This document shows positions 1 to 8,944 of a stretch of DNA of 32,000 bases, piece by piece. The stretch lies in the NCBI RefSeq assembly GCF_900079115.1, contig NZ_LT549890.1, forward strand, positions 2,550,001-2,582,000, in the 5' to 3' direction. Made by a program: the position numbers and the translations under genes. Each line of letters starts with the position of its first letter. Positions within the stretch are counted from its first letter, which is position 1. The notes under the pieces are model-generated. The model had not been told where the DNA came from and did no database searches. It saw only the letters and a list, made by a program, of their open reading frames with translations. The DNA is from Saccharolobus solfataricus. GTDB lineage: Archaea > Thermoproteota > Thermoprotei_A > Sulfolobales > Sulfolobaceae.

Positions 1-633
1 GCTTCTCATGGAGCAAATTGTGGGAATGGGCTTCAAGGTGGGGCTCGTAACCTTGGACGCGGGATTCTACACCGTGGAAGTCCTCAAGTTCATATCGCAG
101 TTCAAGTTCGTGATAGGAGTCCCTGTGGGGGACGTGAAGATCTACGAGGAGTTCGACGGAGAGTACACGACAAACAGTAAGAGGCATAAGAAGGAAGAGC
201 AGGTCAAGTTCAGACTCCTGGTGTATGGTAAGGAAATCGTTAAGAAGAGGAAGAAGACCGTGGTGTACTTCGCGAGGGCGACCAACCTCGACCTACCCAA
301 GAGGGAAGTGCTGAAGTTGTACAACAAGGTTAGGAGTCCCATTGAGACGTCTTACAGGAACATCAAGGCCTTCCTTCCCTTCACGAGCTCCACCAAGTTC
401 ATCTTCCGCGAGTTGATCTTCGTGCTGGCCATGATCTTCTACTCGCTTTACACCGTGTTTAAGAACGTCATGACAAGAGAGGAGTTTAGATTGCTGCTCA
501 TCCTCTGCTTTCTAGACGATTTATCTGATCTAAAGGATTTTATATTTAATCTTGAGGAAACACTTATTAATACTATAGATTTATTTTTATGGAGGTGATT
601 TTGGGTCTACCGGTTAGGGCAGGGTAGTTCACT
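1..633 (+). mobile_element. 3' portion of an IS element, truncated by the left window edge
   Basis: Positions 1-520 are clearly GC-richer than the rest of the window. The region carries a transposase ORF that is open to the window edge. It ends in a GC-rich terminus, TAGGGCAGGGTAGTTCACT (615-633), which recurs exactly at 10603-10621. Confidence 0.6.
2..598 (+). CDS. DDE-type transposase, C-terminal part (N-terminus off-window)
   Basis: The reading frame is open from the first base. The segment GLVTLDAGFY resembles the LDxGF Asp region of IS4/ISH3/IS5-like archaeal transposases. A basic KRKK stretch is present. Composition differs from the host DNA. The exact IS family cannot be assigned without a search. 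Confidence 0.55.
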   Translation, partial: LLMEQIVGMGFKVGLVTLDAGFYTVEVLKFISQFKFVIGVPVGDVKIYEEFDGEYTTNSKRHKKEEQVKFRLLVYGKEIVKKRKKTVVYFARATNLDLPKREVLKLYNKVRSPIETSYRNIKAFLPFTSSTKFIFRELIFVLAMIFYSLYTVFKNVMTREEFRLLLILCFLDDLSDLKDFIFNLEETLINTIDLFLWR

Positions 634-649
634 TGATGTGCAAAAGGAA

Positions 650-1624
650 TTATCCTATAACAAACTGATGTGTTTTTACCTTATTGTCTTCTAAGATTAT
701 ATAGGCCGCATGGAGCATTCCCAAATTGTATTCACTACCAGGGTTAATAATGATAGTCTTATTTATCTTATCGAAAGCTCTTGACTCATGAATATGTCCG
801 TGAATACCTAATAATGGTTGAAACTCCTCTTCTAACTTTCTTATTGACATTGAACCTACGTGAGTCATTACTATTTCGCCGTTTTTCACTACTGGTTTTA
901 ATGTTTTATCCAATAGAGGAGCGTTATCTAAATTTGTACCATATGGGGGAGCGTGTAAGTTGAAAATTGTCTTAGCGGGATTCCCGACTTTCTCTATTAT
1001 CCGCTTTAGGTTAGAGTATATTTGATCTTCTGTCATTTCCCTTGGAGTGTTCCATGGTGTTGGATTAACATAACCGAAAGTGATCATTTCGTATCCGTTT
1101 ATATTGACAATTTCTCCCTCACACTTTACCATTCTTTCACTTTTGGTTATAACATCAAACATGTATAATGGATCATCATTGCCTAAATTAGTGTAAATTT
1201 TTAGGTTTGTTCCTTTCAGCTTCTCTTCAGCTATTCTATCCCATTCTTGTAATCTTTCTAATATTACTCTCTTAAACTCTTCATCTAATGATTTCCGATT
1301 CTCATTTAGTTCTGTAAGACCTTTTTGGTCGACTATCGTATAGTAAACCCCAGAAGATTTATATTTCTTGATAATTTCATCTACACCCTCTTTTCCCACA
1401 ATTTTATCTTCTATCTTAAACTTGCTATTTCCTATATCTATTATTGGGACTAATGATTTACCTGCTAGATCTCCTCCTATAATTAACGTATCGGCTTTCG
1501 TCATTAAAGCAGCATTAAGGAATTTTCTGAAAGCGGTTTCAGAACCGTGAAGGTCACTTGTAAACAATATCTTAAGGCCTCCTATCTTGTTTGAATCTGG
1601 ATTATTCCTTTTAAATAGTCCCAC
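650..1624 (-). CDS. calcineurin-like metallophosphoesterase (paralog 1)
   Basis: 324 aa. Ordered motifs: SDLHGS, GGDLAGK, GNDD, NLHAPPYGT, GHIHES, INPGS. GTG start with a TATA-like ATTTTAAAT about 30 nt upstream. Lies downstream of and co-oriented with permease 1704..3293. Paralog of 6870..7778. Confidence 0.8.
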   Translation of the reverse strand: MGLFKRNNPDSNKIGGLKILFTSDLHGSETAFRKFLNAALMTKADTLIIGGDLAGKSLVPIIDIGNSKFKIEDKIVGKEGVDEIIKKYKSSGVYYTIVDQKGLTELNENRKSLDEEFKRVILERLQEWDRIAEEKLKGTNLKIYTNLGNDDPLYMFDVITKSERMVKCEGEIVNINGYEMITFGYVNPTPWNTPREMTEDQIYSNLKRIIEKVGNPAKTIFNLHAPPYGTNLDNAPLLDKTLKPVVKNGEIVMTHVGSMSIRKLEEEFQPLLGIHGHIHESRAFDKINKTIIINPGSEYNLGMLHAAYIILEDNKVKTHQFVIG

Positions 1625-1703
1625 AAGTGTTAGACTCTGATTAACTTGTATTTAAAATTAAATATCAAAAAAGAAGATGAAAAAGATAAAGAAAAGAGTT
1701 AAC

Positions 1704-3293
1704 TTATTCCGGCGGTATTTCCTCAAAAATTAAGTTCATATGTATCCCTCTTTTCTTATTAATGATGTAAGAGATAGCGTAAATCATAATTCCGCTTGTA
1801 TATATTATTACTAATGAAAGTATTGTGGGGAAGTTTATTGGTAGCAATACAGGGTTTCCCCAAGTTTGATATAACGCAAAAAGAAGGAATCCAAACTCAG
1901 GAAATCCTATCAGAGATACTAGGGGGATTCCACTTATATTTTTGATATGCACGACCTTGTTGAAGAAGTTCTTCTTCACGAAAGGTGATAATGCAGTAGT
2001 TAGGGCGAAGATTCCATAGCTTATTTCGAATATTACTGTTACATCTACAATTGATATTACTGTTACATATGCGTAAAGTAGTACTCCTATTAAACCAACA
2101 ATTACAGTAATTATGGTTGAAATTAGTGGTATATGGAACTTTTCATTTACATCAGCTAACCTCTCTGGCATTATCCTATCAAACGCCCATGCAAACAGAT
2201 ATCTGGTTAAGGAGATAACTAAGGGTGGATTGCTGTAGAAATTAGGTAACCAGAAGGCTATCCACATTACAATGTATAATAATATACTATGGTTTACTAA
2301 TAAGGCGAAAAAAGGGGTGAATGTACCCATACTACTTAGATCATTATAAACTGTGCTATTTAACGAATTTGTGGAAATGTATGACCAAGACGTTAAGAAT
2401 CTCTCACCAAAGGCATGAAGATTAAGGGAGGTAAATAGAATATAATAGACTCCTATGAATAGTACTGCAATGATTATACCTAGTAGTGAATTATACTTTA
2501 CTTTCTTCATCTCTCCGCTCCAAGATGCTGGTAAATTATACCATACGTAATAATACCATACTACTGGAATTGCTAGTAATGCTCCATAAAATGGAGATAC
2601 AAAATTTAAGCCGTTTGAAGTAGCAGTGGATATCACTTCGTTATACGCATTACTTACCCCAGTAAAAGATGATAACGCATCAGAGAATTGTGAAGGAGTT
2701 ATTAACGCTAAAGCCACGAATGTTACTATTGTTGAGAGTATTGATACAATACCAGTTATAAATACAAAACTCCAACCATATTTTCCTATTGAGGCTATAA
2801 TTGCTCCAATAATCAATATTATTATGCCTATTATTACACTTCCTAGAGTTGTGGTAAAAAATGAGCCTAAGTTTATTAATGTTTGGTTATTGTAAAAGAC
2901 CCCTAAACCACTAAATAAATAAGCAAACCATTGTGCTCCTAAATAACTATATAGCCCTAAGGATAGTGCAAAGGCCACCCATAAGGCCCAATAATTGACA
3001 AACGCCACCAATGGATGTGACGATCTAGCTTGAAATACGTAATCCCCACCTGACCTAGGGGTGGAGACAGACGCTAAGTAAAAAAGAAATGCCATTCCTA
3101 AGGTCGGTAATAGTGATATTAAATATGATAAGGTCCAATTTGCACCCGGCGCAAGATATAACCATGAAACTATTAATATAGGTATTCCACCCGTTACTAG
3201 TCCAAATGTAGCGAAAAAGGACGCCCAAGGACTAACTTCCCTTACTAAACCAGAAGATTGTCTTATGAAAACAGATTGGCTCTTATCTGGCAT
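1704..3293 (-). CDS. APC-superfamily amino acid/polyamine permease (paralog 1)
   Basis: 529 aa with long hydrophobic segments throughout. The N-terminal [10 protein letters not shown] box and the C-terminal [10 protein letters not shown] tail are shared with the paralog at 5304..6863. The layout is typical of amino acid/polyamine/organocation transporters. Confidence 0.8.
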   Translation of the reverse strand: MPDKSQSVFIRQSSGLVREVSPWASFFATFGLVTGGIPILIVSWLYLAPGANWTLSYLISLLPTLGMAFLFYLASVSTPRSGGDYVFQARSSHPLVAFVNYWALWVAFALSLGLYSYLGAQWFAYLFSGLGVFYNNQTLINLGSFFTTTLGSVIIGIIILIIGAIIASIGKYGWSFVFITGIVSILSTIVTFVALALITPSQFSDALSSFTGVSNAYNEVISTATSNGLNFVSPFYGALLAIPVVWYYYVWYNLPASWSGEMKKVKYNSLLGIIIAVLFIGVYYILFTSLNLHAFGERFLTSWSYISTNSLNSTVYNDLSSMGTFTPFFALLVNHSILLYIVMWIAFWLPNFYSNPPLVISLTRYLFAWAFDRIMPERLADVNEKFHIPLISTIITVIVGLIGVLLYAYVTVISIVDVTVIFEISYGIFALTTALSPFVKKNFFNKVVHIKNISGIPLVSLIGFPEFGFLLFALYQTWGNPVLLPINFPTILSLVIIYTSGIMIYAISYIINKKRGIHMNLIFEEIPPE

Positions 3294-3657
3294 TTTAAGT
3301 AATGTGGTATATAAAAGTGCTTAAAAATCTTACTACTATCAAATTTTTAGAATATTTAAATTCACGAGCACTTGGTTATCTTTTTTCAATGAGGATACAT
3401 AACTTAGCAAATGGAAAACTTAAATTACTATCTTCAGTTTTTATTTAATATTCTTCACGATTACTATATTTTCACTAATAACGATTGTACTAGTTTAAAC
3501 TGTATCTGTTTTAGAAATTATTACAACTTTATAGATTCTTGTCAAGAAGAGCGCTTAGACTGTAACACATTTGCATAACTTTTAAATACTTTTAATCATT
3601 TCACAATATGATCTTTATTATGATTATGTTTATATATTATTTCCTCTACATTATAAA

Positions 3658-3849
3658 TTGATGAACTCCATACTGATGACGGGCTATGCTCACGAGGTAT
3701 TGGGGGCGACAAATACGGATGGGAGGGTAGTGGTGTTTCCCTCGACTAGCCCCAATGAGTTGAGGGTGAGTGTGTATGAGCCCTCAAGAGGGGTGCCCGT
3801 GGCGGAATTAGAAGTGGTTAAAAGTAAGCAGAAGTTACGCCACGGGTAA
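3658..3849. other. GC-rich structured non-coding island (MITE-like element or ncRNA); the 63-aa ORF here is probably not a gene
   Basis: A sharp GC rise inside a 610-bp AT-rich divergent spacer. Perfect stems: CCCGTGGCG 3796-3804 with CGCCACGGG 3838-3846; TTGAGGG 3760-3766 with CCCTCAA 3781-3787; GAGGG 3723-3727 with CCCTC 3739-3743. Confidence 0.35.
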
Positions 3850-3873
3850 ACACTAAATATCGGTAGCTGATCA

Positions 3874-3881
3874 TTTTTAAA
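3874..3881 (+). promoter_or_regulatory. TATA box for the aminotransferase gene (leaderless or near-leaderless)
   Basis: TTTTTAAA is centred about 26 nt upstream of the ATG at 3903. This is the usual Sulfolobales TATA-to-start spacing. Confidence 0.45.
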
Positions 3882-3902
3882 CAGTGCTAGATAAGTTAGT
3901 AT

Positions 3903-5225
3903 ATGGAAGAAAATTTAGACAGTAGTGTATTGGAAGCTCCAATAATTAACGTAACTCCACCAGGTTCTAAATCACTTAAGTTGTTAAAAGACCAAGAAGA
4001 GTATGAAACTTCAGCTATAAACTACCCTAAGTACTTTAAGATAGCAATAGATAAGGCTCAAGGTTCAACAGTAACTGATGTTGATGGTAATGTGTATATA
4101 GATCTGGTTACCGGTATATCTGTTGTCAATCTAGGTCATAATAATCCCTTTGTGAGGAAGAGAGTTCAAGAACAGTTAGAAAAGGTTTGGCACACATTAG
4201 AGGTACCTACGGAAATTAGGGTTAACTTTAGTAAAAAATTATTATCAACTCTAGGAATGAGAGCTAAATTATTATTTACTACAACTGGGGCAGATGCGGT
4301 GGAAGCTGCAGTAAAGATAGCTAGATTCATAACTGGAAAGAAGACTATAATTGCATTTGAGGGGTCTTATCATGGAATAACTGCCGGTACTTTGGGTCTC
4401 ACCGGTGCTAATAGATTTAAGGAATTTCAGCCATTTTTTGATGATAGAGTAGTAAAGTTTCCATATCCATATCCTTATAGGTGCCCATTCAAAGACTGTC
4501 TGAACGAGACATTAAGCTTACTAGACTATGCAATGTCAAATCCGGGTTATTTAGGAGGAGATGTAGCTGGTATATTAGTGGAGCCAATACAAGGAGAAGG
4601 TGGCTATGTAGTTCCACCTAAGGGTTTCCTTAAAGGCCTAAAAGAACTAGCTGAAAAGTATTCAGTACCACTAATAGTAGATGAAGTACAGACTGGTGTG
4701 GGAAGGACTGGAAAAATGTGGGCTTATCAGTGGGAAAATATTGAACCGGATATAGTGACAATTTCCAAAGCAATAGGTGAGGGAATACCAGTTTCAATGG
4801 TAGCATATAGGGAAGACTTTGATAAACTACCAACTGGGTTTCACCTCGGTACCTACAGAGGAAATCCCTTAGGACTTGCAGCCGGGTTAGCTTCTTTAGA
4901 ATTCATAGAGAGTCATAACATCCTTTCCAGAGTTGAGAGATTGGGTAGGAAAGCCTTAGAATTATTGAAAGAAGTTCAAAATCCACATGTAGGCGATATA
5001 AGGGGTTTGGGCTTTATGATAGGAATAGAGTTAGTTAAGGACAGTAAGGAACCATGGAGCGAAGGAACAAAGGTAGTTATAGAACGAGCGTTAAAGAGAG
5101 GGTTGTTGGTTTATAAGGCAGGTAGATGGGACAACGTAATAAGGTTAATGCCACCATTAACTATCCCAGAGTCATTACTTGATAGGGCAATAGAAATTTT
5201 AAAGATAATACTTAACACACTTTAG
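3903..5225 (+). CDS. class-III PLP-dependent aminotransferase (4-aminobutyrate/putrescine/ornithine-type)
   Basis: 440 aa. Motifs: GSYHG, DEVQTGVGRTGKMWA, and the PLP-lysine context TISKAIGEG. Substrate cannot be fixed from sequence alone. Confidence 0.85.
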   Translation: MEENLDSSVLEAPIINVTPPGSKSLKLLKDQEEYETSAINYPKYFKIAIDKAQGSTVTDVDGNVYIDLVTGISVVNLGHNNPFVRKRVQEQLEKVWHTLEVPTEIRVNFSKKLLSTLGMRAKLLFTTTGADAVEAAVKIARFITGKKTIIAFEGSYHGITAGTLGLTGANRFKEFQPFFDDRVVKFPYPYPYRCPFKDCLNETLSLLDYAMSNPGYLGGDVAGILVEPIQGEGGYVVPPKGFLKGLKELAEKYSVPLIVDEVQTGVGRTGKMWAYQWENIEPDIVTISKAIGEGIPVSMVAYREDFDKLPTGFHLGTYRGNPLGLAAGLASLEFIESHNILSRVERLGRKALELLKEVQNPHVGDIRGLGFMIGIELVKDSKEPWSEGTKVVIERALKRGLLVYKAGRWDNVIRLMPPLTIPESLLDRAIEILKIILNTL

Positions 5226-5303
5226 CATTTTTTTAAAAAATGTATAATTGTTTGTGTGTTAAAGCTTATTATTCTTATTTAACTCTAGATACATGGATGC
5301 TTG

Positions 5304-6863
5304 ATGGAGAAGTCTAAAAAGGGAGCATTCTTAAGGGAATCATCTGGATTAGTAAGAGAATTTGGTATCCTAGACGCCCTATGGTTTAATATAGCTTTAC
5401 TTGGTTTGCTATTTTCAACATATTACGTTGCCTCCACTGGACCTCTAGTTGGTGGAAATCCTTTATTAGGTTTACTACTACCTATAGTTGGATTTTTCCT
5501 AGTGGGAATTATATTTTCATACGTTGGCTCTAAGGTTCCTAGAGTTGCAGCTGATTATGTTTATGTGAGTAGAAATTTGCATCCCGCACTAGGTTTCGTA
5601 GGTAACGCTGGATACTTTTTGGCTACTGTACCCTTATTTATGGGAATAACTGGAATAACACTACAAACATTTGGTCTAATACCCTTACTAACAATCTTAG
5701 GCTACTATACTCATAATCCTTCTCTGATAGTAGTAGGCTCGCAAATAGATAGTAATCCATATTTGATAATGGTGATAGGTGCAGTTGAGATAGTTATCAT
5801 GTCCTTAATTCCGATCTTTGGAAATAAAGTATATAGAGCTTTCCAATGGATAGCAATACCTTTAGCTTTAATAGCTGCTATAGGAATGATAATAGTAGAG
5901 GCATCAGTTCCGCACTCTTTAGCAATAGCTAGATTAAACAACTTTGCGTCGGTTTATGCAAATGTATCAAACCTATATGCAAATGTAACGTCATCTAATG
6001 CTCCAGTTCCCGCTTATTATAATATCTATAACATTATTTCATTAAATCCAGTTTACGTAGTAGGATTCTCCTATATAATTAACACTATCTATGTAGCAGG
6101 TGAAGTAAGGAATCCAAAAAGAAGTATGCCAATAAGTATCTTAGGAACACTGATTATAACTGGGTTCATATTTACGGCTGCGTTAGCCCTTGAATATAAC
6201 CAGTTTGGATACGACTTTACCACTAAAATGATGTATCTAAGTATAGTTCAAGGTACTCTGCCAATACCGACTCCATATCTAGATTTACTGGAGGGCATAG
6301 CAAGTGGGAACATCGTATTGGGTGTACTCTTTGCCTTAGCTAGTATAGTACAACTACTAATGTACTTATCTGCAGCGTCTTTCGTAGGAAGTAGATTACT
6401 ATTCTCTTACGCTATGGATAGAATTATGCCAGATTTTGTAGGCGATGTTAGCGAAAAAAGGCATGTTCCCATTAAGGCAATAATCCTTTCAATGATAGCT
6501 GGACTCATTGGGTTAACAGTGTTTACATTACCTGTCACCTCAGCGGGAGCGTTTTTACTCTCTAGTGTTGCCGTTGCAATACTAATGCTATTTCCGATGG
6601 CAATATTATCAATAGCAGTACTGAAGACGGAGAAGAATGAAAACAAGATAAGAATTATTGCTGCGTTATCTATAATTTATCTAATTTACACATTTTATCA
6701 GTATCTAACCGTCCCCGCTATAGGTGCAGATTCCATAGTAGGCTATGGCATACTCGCTGGTTCAATAGTAATATTGTTTATAATATTCTATGTGGCTAAA
6801 TTTATAAGAGCTCGTCAAGGAATTGATTTCAACCTAATTTTCAAGGAGATTCCTCCTGAGTGA
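5304..6863 (+). CDS. APC-superfamily amino acid/polyamine permease (paralog 2)
   Basis: About 519 aa from the ATG at 5304 (the track start, TTG 5301, is one codon upstream). Carries the RESSGLVREF box and the NLIFKEIPPE tail, as in 1704..3293. TATA-like TTATTTAA lies about 27 nt upstream. Confidence 0.8.
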   Translation: MEKSKKGAFLRESSGLVREFGILDALWFNIALLGLLFSTYYVASTGPLVGGNPLLGLLLPIVGFFLVGIIFSYVGSKVPRVAADYVYVSRNLHPALGFVGNAGYFLATVPLFMGITGITLQTFGLIPLLTILGYYTHNPSLIVVGSQIDSNPYLIMVIGAVEIVIMSLIPIFGNKVYRAFQWIAIPLALIAAIGMIIVEASVPHSLAIARLNNFASVYANVSNLYANVTSSNAPVPAYYNIYNIISLNPVYVVGFSYIINTIYVAGEVRNPKRSMPISILGTLIITGFIFTAALALEYNQFGYDFTTKMMYLSIVQGTLPIPTPYLDLLEGIASGNIVLGVLFALASIVQLLMYLSAASFVGSRLLFSYAMDRIMPDFVGDVSEKRHVPIKAIILSMIAGLIGLTVFTLPVTSAGAFLLSSVAVAILMLFPMAILSIAVLKTEKNENKIRIIAALSIIYLIYTFYQYLTVPAIGADSIVGYGILAGSIVILFIIFYVAKFIRARQGIDFNLIFKEIPPE

Positions 6864-6869
6864 ACTAGT

Positions 6870-7778
6870 ATGGCTAAAGATATTAAATTAATGTTTGTTA
6901 CTGACATTCACGGTTCTGATATTGTTTTTAGAAAAGCCATAAACGCAGCACATATGTTTAAAGTTAATTATCTTGTTTTTGGAGGTGATCTAGTAGGTAA
7001 AGGAGTTGTCTTATTAAATAAAAAGGTAGATGAGTATCTCACCCTTGACAATAAATTAATAACTAAGGAAGAGGTAGAAGAAATAAAGAGAAATGGTTAT
7101 TATATATACATATTGGAAAATAGAAAAGGAATGGAAGATTTTAATGAGGTCACTATAAACAGAATTTACGTTGATTTAGTAAGTCAACAACTAAATAGCT
7201 GGTTTAAGATAGTTAGAGAAAGATTAGAAGAAACCAAGGTCATTTGGAATTTGGGGAACGATGACCCTTTTTTCGTTGATGATATTTTTAAAAATAACGA
7301 TATCGAAATTAAGGAGATAATTGAGATTGATACTTCAAGTTCTCCCTTATTTATGCTTAATTACGCACACACTAATGAAACACCATATAAATCCTACAGA
7401 GTAGCACCAGAATACATCATATATAATAAGGGACACGAAATGTTAAAAAAGATTAACGAAACAAAAAATGTAATATTTAATTTTCATGCTCCGCCATATA
7501 ATACAAGATTGGATAACGCATATGTTAATGGTCAGTGGATTCATGTAGGCTCTAGATCGGTTAGGGAATTAGAAGAGAAATTCCAACCATTATTGGGATT
7601 ACATGGGCACATACACGAGTCCTCAGCCATTGATAAAATTGGTAAAACACTGGTAATAAACCCTGGAAGTATGTATAGTGAAGGAGTGCTCAAATACGCG
7701 ATAATTACGATAAGCAAGGAAGTTAAAGGAATATCCGTAGGATATAGGATAAAAGGTTACGTTTTATCTCAAGGTTGA
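6870..7778 (+). CDS. calcineurin-like metallophosphoesterase (paralog 2)
   Basis: 302 aa. Motifs: TDIHGS, GGDLVGK, GNDD, NFHAPPYNT, GHIHES, INPGS. Starts 6 nt after the permease stop, so it is probably co-transcribed. Confidence 0.8.
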   Translation: MAKDIKLMFVTDIHGSDIVFRKAINAAHMFKVNYLVFGGDLVGKGVVLLNKKVDEYLTLDNKLITKEEVEEIKRNGYYIYILENRKGMEDFNEVTINRIYVDLVSQQLNSWFKIVRERLEETKVIWNLGNDDPFFVDDIFKNNDIEIKEIIEIDTSSSPLFMLNYAHTNETPYKSYRVAPEYIIYNKGHEMLKKINETKNVIFNFHAPPYNTRLDNAYVNGQWIHVGSRSVRELEEKFQPLLGLHGHIHESSAIDKIGKTLVINPGSMYSEGVLKYAIITISKEVKGISVGYRIKGYVLSQG

Positions 7779-8902
7779 CTCACCAAGTATTTTATTAGAA
7801 TTGGATCAACTATTCTATAAATTCCCCTTCCTTCCTTTTCAACTAAGCCATAATTCATTAATTGTTTTAGACCCCTAGTTACAGTCAATAAATCCAGACC
7901 TAAGTCTTTAGGACTTCCAGCTCCTCCTAAGCTGGCCAAATTCTTTAAGACAGCTCTTGCCGTTGGGGATAATCTCTTCAAGTCATTCTCTAACGCTGTT
8001 ACTAAGTTTATGTCTTTGACTAACGAATTTATGACTTCATTAGCACTTCTTTTTTCAGTTACAATTTTTATTCCAACCAAGTTGAGCCATGCAGGAAATC
8101 CATCCACTTGATCTACAATTAGCTCTATTTCCTCGCTCTTTACGTCCAAATTATTCACCTCAAATCCTTTTCTTAAGAATTCTATTGATGTCTTCCTATC
8201 AAATGGGTTTACTTTCATTAAGTAGAAGAATTGATAGAAAGGTTGATTTCTTGAGCTTAATAATTCCATCATCATTCCAATAAGAGAACCAGAAATTACG
8301 TATGTTACATTTTTATGGAACTGCCATTTACTTCGCATTATGTGGAATATCCCAGGTATTGATTGTTTGGCTAAGCGTAAATATTGAAATTCATCAATTG
8401 CAATAACGACTCTTTGCAAACCAAATTTCTCTGAAAGTATTTGAGGTAGATCTAGCGCGTCACGGAATTCTTTTTCTAAATACTTTTTCTTCTCTGCCTT
8501 ATCTAAAGTCAACTCTATTGTAGAATAGAGTTCTGGTATGTTGAAAGTTACCTTTACTTGTCCCAGTAAATCCCTTAACTGCTTCAGATAGCTTTTTCCT
8601 TTTTCCAATATTATCTTATAATTAGCTTTAGAGTAAATCGTACTCGTAACACTAGTGATATAAGCTGAAAGAAATTCCGCAAAGTCAAATCCCTTTTCTC
8701 CTCTAACGAATTCCTCTGCCGAAATCAAGGAATATGGAAATGACGAGTGTTCAAGGGATGCCAAAAGAAGTGAAGTTTTACCTATTCTTCTTGGTCCTAT
8801 TAAACCTACGGGTTGGCCTAATTTATACAATCCTAATAAAGATTCTATTTCCTTTTCTCTACCGAATGGATTATTTGTTGGTCTCCCGTAAATGAACCAC
8901 AA
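7769..8902 (-). CDS. archaeal-type P-loop ATPase with C-terminal winged-helix domain
   Basis: 377 aa with a TTG start. Walker A is GPRRIGKTS and Walker B is VVIAIDEFQ. The C-terminal segment LKQLMNYGLVEKEGRGIYRIVDP looks like a winged helix. The architecture matches the 'ATPase domain predominantly from Archaea' family. Confidence 0.7.
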   Translation of the reverse strand: MWFIYGRPTNNPFGREKEIESLLGLYKLGQPVGLIGPRRIGKTSLLLASLEHSSFPYSLISAEEFVRGEKGFDFAEFLSAYITSVTSTIYSKANYKIILEKGKSYLKQLRDLLGQVKVTFNIPELYSTIELTLDKAEKKKYLEKEFRDALDLPQILSEKFGLQRVVIAIDEFQYLRLAKQSIPGIFHIMRSKWQFHKNVTYVISGSLIGMMMELLSSRNQPFYQFFYLMKVNPFDRKTSIEFLRKGFEVNNLDVKSEEIELIVDQVDGFPAWLNLVGIKIVTEKRSANEVINSLVKDINLVTALENDLKRLSPTARAVLKNLASLGGAGSPKDLGLDLLTVTRGLKQLMNYGLVEKEGRGIYRIVDPILIKYLVSQP

Positions 8903-8944
8903 TTTACTGGTACCAGTAATTTACTGGTACCAGTAATTTAAAGA
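8903..8944 (-). promoter_or_regulatory. TATA box followed by two tandem perfect 16-bp palindromes (operator-like) immediately upstream of the ATPase start
   Basis: TTACTGGTACCAGTAA occurs at 8904-8919 and again at 8921-8936, forming a 17-bp tandem unit. On the minus strand these follow CTTTAAAT (8937-8944) and abut the TTG start at 8902. Confidence 0.5.

Noticed and set aside
142-342. 66-aa minus-strand ORF inside the transposase gene. Similar short antisense ORFs occur inside other genes: 781..963, 1368..1550, 2626..2895, 4630..4833, 5711..5941, 6407..6646, 8089..8283, 20238..20483, 20630..20827, 20863..21120, 22075..22278, 23140..23421, 23428..23670, 24214..24423, 26147..26332, 27215..27457, 28459..28692, 29482..29727, 31184..31366 and 31356..31541.
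   Set aside because: Each is fully embedded antisense or out-of-frame in a longer ORF that has clear family motifs. They have low-complexity Ser/Leu/Ile/Phe-rich composition and no promoter context. They are typical shadow ORFs of AT-rich genomes.
3655-3685. Possible C/D-box sRNA: two UGAUGA boxes and a CUGA in ATTGATGAACTCCATACTGATGACGGG.
   Set aside because: The box spacing of about 8 nt is too short for guide regions. No terminal D box (CUGA) follows at the expected distance, and no terminal stem is present.
3658-3849. 63-aa ORF, and the 68-aa ORF at 10399..10605, considered as protein-coding genes.
   Set aside because: Both coincide exactly with GC-rich stem-rich islands. They lack a TATA box at the expected distance and have Gly/Arg/Ser/Val-biased composition. 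They are better explained as MITE-like or RNA elements.
6858-6866. AGTGAACTA at the permease-2/MPE-2 junction matches 9 nt of the reverse complement of the IS terminus. This could be a left inverted repeat.
   Set aside because: Only 9 nt match, and they are explained by coding sequence (CCT GAG TGA ACT AGT ATG). A 9-mer match on either strand of 32 kb is not far from chance expectation.
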